The translations under genes were made by a program, and so were the position numbers. The notes beneath the pieces were generated by a model that made no database searches, was not told where the DNA came from, and saw nothing but the letters and a program-made list of their open reading frames with translations. From assembly GCF_018977255.1 (NCBI RefSeq), contig NW_024705308.1, positions 1 through 55,373 of the forward strand: a DNA stretch of 55,373 nt, written 5' to 3'. Below are positions 48,277 through 55,373 of the stretch, in pieces. Position 1 is the first letter of the stretch. Each line of letters begins with the position of its first letter. Source of the stretch: Callorhinchus milii. Its lineage: Eukaryota.

Positions 48277-49794
48277 AAAGAAATGATCAGTCTATAATTT
48301 TAATGGTAAGTTTATTTGAACAGTGAGAGACAGAATAACAACTAAAAATAAAAAAAAACGCATGTCAAAAATGTTATAAATTGATTTGCATTTTAATGAC
48401 GGAAATAAGTATTTGACCCCCTCTCAATCAGAAAGATTTCTGTCTCCCAGGTGTCTTTTATACAGGTAACGAGTTAAGATTAGGAGCACACTCTTAAAGG
48501 GAGTGCTCCTAATCTTAGCTTGTTACCTGTATAAAAGACACCTGTTCACAGAAGCAATCAATCAGATTCCAAACTCTCCACCATGGCTAAGACCAAAGAG
48601 CTCTCCAAGGATGTCAGGGACAAGATTGTAGACCCAGTTAAGGCTGGAATGGGCTACAAGACCATCGCCAAGCAGCTCGGTGAGAAGGTGACAACAGTTG
48701 GTGAGATTATTCGTAAATGGAAGAAACACACAAGAACTGCCAATGTCCCTCGGCTTAGGGCTCCATGCAAGATCTCACCTCGTGGAGTTGCAATGATCAT
48801 GAGAACGGTGAGGAATCAGCCCAGAACTACACAAGGCAGCTGGGACCATAGTCACCAAGAAAACAGTTGGTAACACACTACGCCGTGAAGGATTGAAATC
48901 CTGCAGCGCCCGCAAGGTCCCCCTGCTCAAAAAGCACATATACATGCCCGTCTGAAGTTTGCCAATGAACATCTGAATGATTCAGAGGACAACTGGGTGA
49001 AAGTGTTGTGGTCAGATGAGACCAAAATGGAGCTCTTTGGCATCAACTCAACTCGCCGTGTTTGGAGGAGGAATGCTGCCTATGACCCCAAGAACACCAT
49101 CCCCACCATCAAATATGGAGGTGGAAACATGTTTTTGGGGTGTTTTTCTGCTAAGGGGACAGGACAACTTCACCGCATCAAAGGGACGATGGACGGGGCC
49201 ATGTACCGTAAAATCTTGGGTGAGAACCTCCTTCCCTCAGCCAGGGCACTGAAAATGGGTCGTGGATGGGTATTGCAGCATGGCAATGACCCAAAACACA
49301 CGGCCAAGGCAACAAAGGAGTGGCTCAAGAAGAAGCACATTAAGGTCCTGGAGTGGCCTAGCCAGTCTCCAGACCTTAATCCCATAGAAAATCTGTGGAG
49401 GGAGCTGAAGGTTCGAGTTGCCAAACGTCAGCCTCGAAACCTTAATGACTTGGAGAAGATCTGCAAAGAGGAGTGGTGGGACAAAATCCCTCCTGAGATG
49501 TGTGCAAACCTGGTGGCCAACTACAAGAAACGTCTGACCTCTGTGATTGCCAACAAGGGTTTTGCCACCAAGTACTAAGTCATGTTTTGCAGAGGGGGGT
49601 CAAATACTTATTTCCCTCATTAAAATGCAAATCAATTTATAACATTTTTGACGCGTTTTTCTGGATTTTGTTGTTGTTATTCTGTCTCTCACTGTTCAAA
49701 TAAACCTACCGTTAACATTATATACTGATCATTTCGTTGTCAGTGGGCAAACGTACAAAATCAGCAGGGGATCAAATACTTTTTCCCCTCACTG
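48277..49794 (+). mobile_element. Tc1-family DNA transposon (left TIR truncated, right TIR intact with flanking TA)
   Basis: Long inverted ends (48277-48420 versus 49595-49794). The element ends ...cccctcactg|TA and contains a transposase inside. Confidence 0.93.
48583..49578 (+). pseudogene. Tc1 (DD34E) transposase, inactivated
   Basis: [16 protein letters not shown] paired-like [17 protein letters not shown] (catalytic D replaced by G); SPDLNPIE. Frameshifting deletion near 48832. Confidence 0.9.
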
Positions 49795-49796
49795 TA

Positions 49797-50097
49797 ACAA
49801 GCTGAGATTAGGAGCACTCCATTTAAGAGTGTGCTCCTAATCTCAGCTCGTTACCTGTATAAAAGACACCTGGGAGCCAGAAATCGTTCTGATTGAGAGG
49901 GGGTCAAATACTTATTTCCCTCATTAAAATACAAATCAATTTATAACATTTTTGACGCGTTTTTCTGGATTTGTGTTGTTATTCTGTCTCTCACTGTTCA
50001 AATAAACTTACCATTAAAATTGCAGACTGATCAATTCTTTGTCAGTGGGCAAACGTACAAAATCATCAGGTGGATCAAATACTTTATCCCCTCACTG
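49797..50097 (-). mobile_element. Left-end fragment of a second Tc1 copy, inverted
   Basis: Reverse complement of 48277-48525, extended to an intact terminus ...ctcactg|TA. Confidence 0.85.
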
Positions 50098-50261
50098 TAA
50101 CAATAAAACAGAGTTACAAAGTGAAGACAAATAAAACTTAATCAGGCGAGGGCAGGAGGCAAGGCCTCGTGTTGCAAAGCTCCAAGCTGGACATCGATTC
50201 CAAAGCTCGCTGCTACTCTAGTGACATCCCTACGAGAGAGAGAGAGGCTCTACCTTGGTAA

Positions 50262-50705
50262 ACAACAAACACAACAACAACAACCACAACAACAACCACA
50301 ACAACCACAACAACAATCACAACAACAACAACCACAACAACAACCACAACAACAACAAACAACCACAACAACAACCACAACAACAATCACAACAACAATC
50401 ACACAACAACAATCACAACAACAACCACAACAACAATCACAACAACAATCACAACAACCACAAACAACCACAACAACAACAACAACAATCACAACAACAA
50501 CAACCACAACAATAACAACAACAATCACAACAACAACAATCACAACAACAACAACCACAACAACAATCACAACAACAATCAAAACAACAATCACAACAAC
50601 CACAACAATCACAACAACAACAGCACTCACCACAACAACAACCACAACAACAATCACAACCACAACAACAATCACAACAACAATCACAACCACAACAACA
50701 ACAAC
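50262..50705. repeat. (CAA)n-derived microsatellite
   Basis: Direct inspection. Confidence 0.92.
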
Positions 50706-50744
50706 GAGAATTCATCACCTCAGATTTCAGAAAAAGCGTGGAGC

Positions 50745-50940
50745 GGGCAGCTTCCTGTTACCCCGTGACGTCACGCGGAAGCAGAAAGTGACATGACGTC
50801 ACTTCCGGGATACAAGCCACGCCCCTCCACAGATTCAGCAGTGACCATCGCGGAGGTGACGTCACGCACAAGAGCGCGGTGGAGGGGAAAACATTGGTGA
50901 CATGACGTCACTAGCGAGGTTCACGTCGATGACGTCATGC
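50745..50940. promoter_or_regulatory. CpG-rich cluster with five perfect CRE palindromes plus ETS, Sp/KLF and CCAAT motifs
   Basis: TGACGTCA at 50766, 50794, 50857, 50903 and 50930; ACTTCCGG 50801-50808; CCACGCCCC 50817-50825; ATTGG 50893. Confidence 0.65.
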
Positions 50941-51042
50941 TGAGTGGAGTTGAAGTTTATTTTGAGTCAATTTCCATTGCTCCATCTCTTGAACAGAGAC
51001 CCCTTGGGTGGGTGAGCTCAGCAGCTACAATGTTTACATTAT

Positions 51043-52505
51043 TGTGTGTACACAGTGTGTGTGTGTGTGTACACTGTGTGTGTGTACTGTGTGTGTGTGT
51101 AACTGTGTGTGTGTACACTGTGTGTGTACACTGTGGTGTGTACACTGTGTGTGTACACTGTGTGTGTGTGTGTACACTGTGTGTGTACACAGTGAGTGTG
51201 TGTGTACACAGTGTGTGTGTGTACAAGTGTGTGTGTACACTGTGTGTGTGTGTACACAGTGAGTGTGTGTACACAGTGAGTGTGTGTAGACTGTGTGTGT
51301 ATGTGTACATTGTGTGTGTGTAGACTGTGTGTACACAGTGAGTGTGTACACTGTGTGTGTGTACACTGTGAGTGTGTGTGTACATTGTGTGTGTGTACAC
51401 TGTGTGTGTGTATACACTGTGTGTGTGTGTACACTGTGAGTGTGTGTGTACATTGTGTGTGTGTACACTGTGTGTGTGTATACACTGTGTGTGTGTGTAC
51501 ACAGTGAGTGTGTGTACATTGTGTGTGTGTACACTGTGCGTGTGTGTACACTGTGTGTGTGTACACTGTGTGTGTACACACTGTGTGTGTAGACTGTGTT
51601 CAGTGTGTACAGTTTGTAGACACTATGTGTGTGTACACAGTGAGTGTGTACACAGTGAGTGTGTACACTGTGTGTGTGTGTGTACACAGTGAGTGTGTAC
51701 ACAGTGAGTGTGTACACTGTGTGTGTGTGTGTACACAGTGAGTGTGTACACAGTGAGTGTGTACACTGTGTGTGTGTGTACACAGTGAGTGTGTACACTG
51801 TGTGTGAGTGCACTGTGTGTGTGTACACAGTGAGTGTGTACACACTGTGTGTGTAGACTGTGTAGACACCGTGTGTGTACAGTGTGTGTGTACACAGTGT
51901 GTGTACACTGTGTGTAGACTGTTTGTAGACTGTGTGTGTACACACTGTGTGTACGTACACTGTGTGTGTACACACACACTGTGTGTGTGTGTGTACACAC
52001 ACACTGTGTGTGTGTGTACACACTGTGTGTGTGTGTGTACACAGTGTGTGTGTACACTGTGTGTGTGTAGACTGTTTGTAGACTGTGTGTGTACACACTG
52101 TGTGTACGTACACTGTGTGTGTACACACACACTGTGTGTGTGTACACACACTGTGTGTGTACACACACACTGTGTGTGTGTACACACACTGTGTGTGTGT
52201 GTGTACACAGTGTGTGTGTACACTGTGTGTGTGTAGACTGTAGACACTGTGTGTGTGTACACACTGTGTGTGTACACACTGTGTGTGTGGGTGTGTATAC
52301 ACTGTGTGTGTATACACTGAGTGTGTATATATACACTGTGAATGTGTGTGTGTGTACACTGTGTGTGTATACTGTGTGTGTACACTGTGTGTGTGTGTAC
52401 ACTGTGTGTGTGTATACACTGTGTGTGTAACACTGTGTGTGTACACTGTGTGTGTACACTGTGTGTGTATACACTGTGTGTATACACTGTGTGTGTGTAT
52501 ACTGT
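51043..52505. repeat. (TG)n/GTGTACAC compound repeat
   Basis: Alternating purine-pyrimidine tract with many palindromic GTGTACAC units. Confidence 0.92.
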
Positions 52506-52580
52506 GACGGAGAATCAAACTCAGGTGGTCTGTTTCATGGCGCACTGTTCTCAGCTTAACGTCAAGATGACATTTTTTAT

Positions 52581-53022
52581 TTCGATGTAAAGCTTTCGTG
52601 AGTGCAGGGATTCATCTTCTTGGTTCTTTCGGTAAAGTCACGTAGAAGGGAAGTAATAAAATAATAAAAATTAAACATAATAAAATAATAAACTTTTGAT
52701 GTAAAGTTTTCGTGACTGCAGGGATTCATCTTCTTGGTTCTTTCGGTAAAGTCACGTAGAAGGGAAATAATAAAATAATAAAAATTAAACATAATAAAAT
52801 AATAAACTTTTGATGTAAAGCTTTCGTGACTGCAGGGATTCATCTTCTTGGTTCTTTCGGTAAAGACCTGTGCTTGACCTGAGAACGGCTGCTTGCGTTG
52901 TGGTCTAAACTTCGTGAGAATTGTATTTTATTATGTTTTATTTTTATTATTTCCCTTCTACGTGACTTTAACGAAAGAACCAAGAAGATGAATCCCTGCA
53001 GTCACGAAAGCTTTAAATCGAA
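52581..53022. mobile_element. Penelope-like pLTR: 114-bp tandem x2.5 plus an inverted arm with a mutated hammerhead
   Basis: gatgtaaag at 52584, 52698 and 52812. The inverted arm 52871-53022 has CTGAGAA..TCTAAACTTC (core mutated). Confidence 0.75.
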
Positions 53023-53280
53023 ATGTATTAAATAACACATTTGGGTCGTTTGTTAGCCCATTACTCTATAATAAAGGGGGTGTTTTGAGTTAGATCTCAT
53101 AACCTTTTATGATGTTGACATAGCGAAAACATACGTGTTAAACTCACCCACTAATAGCTCACATTTTTTCCAGAGGTTTTAAAAAAATGTATATTAAATA
53201 TTATAATACGCTTTAGTTATTTCGGTAAAGTCACGTAGGTAAAAAATGAAATTAAAATTAATAAAAATAAAATAATAAAA

Positions 53281-53327
53281 ATCACGACGTTTCGGAGGCA
53301 ACACAAGTCTCCGTCATCAGGTGGGAC
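53281..53327 (-). ncRNA. Hammerhead ribozyme motif (canonical CUGAUGA core, weak helix I)
   Basis: GTCCCAC-CTGATGA-C-GGAG..CTCC-GAAACGTC-GTGAT. Confidence 0.65.
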
Positions 53328-53557
53328 TGTCGTGATTTTTATTTTATTTTTATTTATTTTAATTAAATTTTTTACCTACTTGGTGACTTTACCTAAAGAA
53401 CTAAAAGTATGAATCCTTGCAGTCACGAAAGCTTCAAATCTAGAAATATTATAATAAACTATTTTTTTATTTGAAGCTTTCGTGACTGCCGGAATCCATA
53501 CTCTTTAGTTCTGTCGGTAAAGTTACGTGGGTCGAAAATTAAAACTGAAAATTAATA

Positions 53558-53603
53558 AATCACGACGTTTCGATCGCAAAACAAGTGATCGTCCTCAGGC
53601 GGA
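53558..53603 (-). ncRNA. Hammerhead ribozyme motif (weak helix I)
   Basis: TCCGC-CTGAGGA-C-GATC..GATC-GAAACGTC-GTGATT. Confidence 0.6.
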
Positions 53604-53942
53604 AACAAGTATAACCCGTTAAAACAAAGTTTTTCACTCTAAATCCTTTATATGCGTGGCGGCTAGAGTCCTCTCGTCCTCTGGTTGAGATGGCTGCCAC
53701 CTATGGGTCAGATAATTGCATAACACCATTAAGCAATTGGTAATTAAATATGATATTTTTGTCCTAAAAAGTGTCAAATTTTGGAAAAAAAATTTCACGA
53801 ACATTAATTGTCACGCACAACGAGTCTGTGTAGAAAATGTCAGCTGGATTGGATCACGGGAAGTGGGTTAAAAAAACGACCGCAAGATTTGGACGGTCGT
53901 AAGCAAGCAAGCAAGTGAACTTAATATAAAGGATTTAAAAAA
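53604..53942. mobile_element. Non-autonomous Helentron/HINE-like element, copy 2
   Basis: Closely matches 45936-46279 along its whole length. Confidence 0.6.
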
Positions 53943-54104
53943 TCATCCATCAGTGTGATATGTAATTTTTTATTTTTATTTTCTACTTACGTGGCTTTAC
54001 CCAAAGCACCAAAGAGTATATTATAATAAACCTTTTATGATAAAAATACGATTTTTTTAATAATATATTTTAAAATATATAATATACAGTATTATATAAT
54101 ATTA

Positions 54105-54615
54105 GGAGCCATCCATTTAGTACGTACGTATGAAGGGGGAGCGGGGATTAACCCAAATGTGTACGCTTGCGTATGTGGGGGTCTACTGACAACGTACACA
54201 TAGGAAACGGGGGGGGGGGGGATTGAAGCCTCGACGAGATGACGATTTGTCTATATTGGTCTTCAAATGAGCCCACAGTTCAGTGTCTCCAGCGGTCAGA
54301 CGACAAGTCCTGCCGGGAGAAGTGGAACTGTGGCAGAGACGTCACTTCGTGTGCCACGTGCCCCTGACTGCAGCTGTCACGCAGCTCAGCAACATCAGTG
54401 GCCGAGGTACGTAACCTCATTCTTTAATGCAGCCGGCGGTGGACTATCTGTTTGCTTAAACACGTTCATATGATTGATCCTTGCTCGTTTCTGCGTGGAT
54501 TAAATATCGGCCATTCTATAGGATTCGTGTGTAAAAAGTCCGCGTGCGAACGGGGAGTTGAGGAGGGGTCTCAAGTTTTGACAGATTTTTGCGTACCTAC
54601 TAAATGGATTGCCCC
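54105..54615. mobile_element. PIF/Harbinger-type MITE
   Basis: TIRs GGAGCCATCCATTTAGTACGTACG / CGTACCTACTAAATGGATTGCCCC, with TTA on both flanks (54102-54104 and 54616-54618). Confidence 0.7.
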
Positions 54616-54799
54616 TTAATGGTTGTTTTATATTTCATATTATAATATTCAATATATAATACACCTTTTTTGTTAATACATTTTTTTTTACATTTGTTTT
54701 ATATAATATAGTATTTTATTTTAATGGTTATATTACATTTACTATAACATAATGTTTAATATTACATTATAATAAACCATTTTTAAATATAAAAATTAT

Positions 54800-55064
54800 T
54801 TATAAGTCTCCACTGAGCTACGTAGCTCTTTTTCAGAAGCGACCTGGCCACAAATGATGGTTCTACGAAGTTGGCTTATCACGTGGAAATGTATTGCAGC
54901 CAAATACCGGAGGACCCGGAGAAACATCCACACGATCACGGGGAGAGAGACACACAAACTCCAAATATACAGCAGCAGCAGGCATCGTCAGGGTCAGGAT
55001 CGAACCCACGAACCTCCTGTATACCAGGCGAGGTAGTTAACATCTCCCAGCCACCACTGCGCCC
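54800..55064 (-). mobile_element. V-SINE-like copy, near full length
   Basis: The minus strand starts GGGCGCAGTGGTGGCTGGGAGATG and has the B-box GGTTCGATCC. Core and tail match 2480-2762. Confidence 0.78.
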
Positions 55065-55159
55065 ACTCCTGACGGTGCTCGTTTAGAATCTCAATGCTTG
55101 ACGTGTGATTACCGACGGCGATGTAAAGAGGGGGAGGCCTCCGTCCATTGCTGTATTGA

Positions 55160-55373
55160 GATGGTTGTGACGAAGATGATGATTGTGATGATGACGGTGG
55201 TGATGGCGGTGGTGATGGTCGTGATGGTTGTGACGAAGATGATGATTGTGATGATGACGGTGGTGATGGTTGTGACGAAGATGATGGTTGTGATGATGAC
55301 GGTGGTGATGGTTGTGACGAAGATGATGGTTGTGATGATGACGATGGTGATGGCGGTGATGGCGGTGGTGATG
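55160..55373. repeat. (GAT/GGT)n simple repeat
   Basis: Direct inspection; runs to the window end. Confidence 0.9.

Larger units (their letters stand above)
53211..54020. mobile_element. Two further Penelope-like fold-back remnants (53211-53439 and 53468-54020; the latter is interrupted by the HINE-like element)
   Basis: Inverted cggtaaagtcacgtag / cgtggctttaccc arms, each with a minus-strand hammerhead core. Confidence 0.7.

Noticed and set aside
50221..52545. Poly-Q/T and His/Thr/Cys/Val-rich ORFs
   Set aside because: They are translations of (CAA)n and (TG)n simple repeats.

Overview
Repeat-dense eukaryotic (vertebrate) genomic DNA, most likely lamprey. That assignment is an inference from the Tc1 family, the V-SINE-type elements and the simple-repeat landscape. 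From left to right: a frameshifted exon-like fragment (1-251); a degenerate CCCATAGACTCA minisatellite; a 46-bp E-box/CRE tandem; a V-SINE whose tRNA-derived head has been amplified first as a 115-bp tandem and then as a ~120-copy 59-bp satellite (3189-10275); a CCAAT/E2F/YY1 promoter with a probable first exon, cut by a 30-N gap; a ~9.7-kb block (10711-~20449) that looks like random or shuffled sequence and has no biological features I can support; an 18-bp satellite (22966-40405) interrupted by a recent full-length Gypsy/Ty3 LTR retrotransposon (30020-37361, GACT TSD, tRNA-Leu PBS); a tandem C2H2 zinc-finger exon; Helentron/HINE-like, Tc1 and Harbinger-MITE elements; a five-CRE promoter-like cluster; and many microsatellites. 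The most interesting signal that the ORF track does not show is a dispersed fold-back repeat family (about 8 loci). It carries minimal type-I hammerhead ribozyme motifs with covarying helix II, as expected for Penelope-like element pLTRs. I found no CRISPR array and no novel protein-coding system that I can support.
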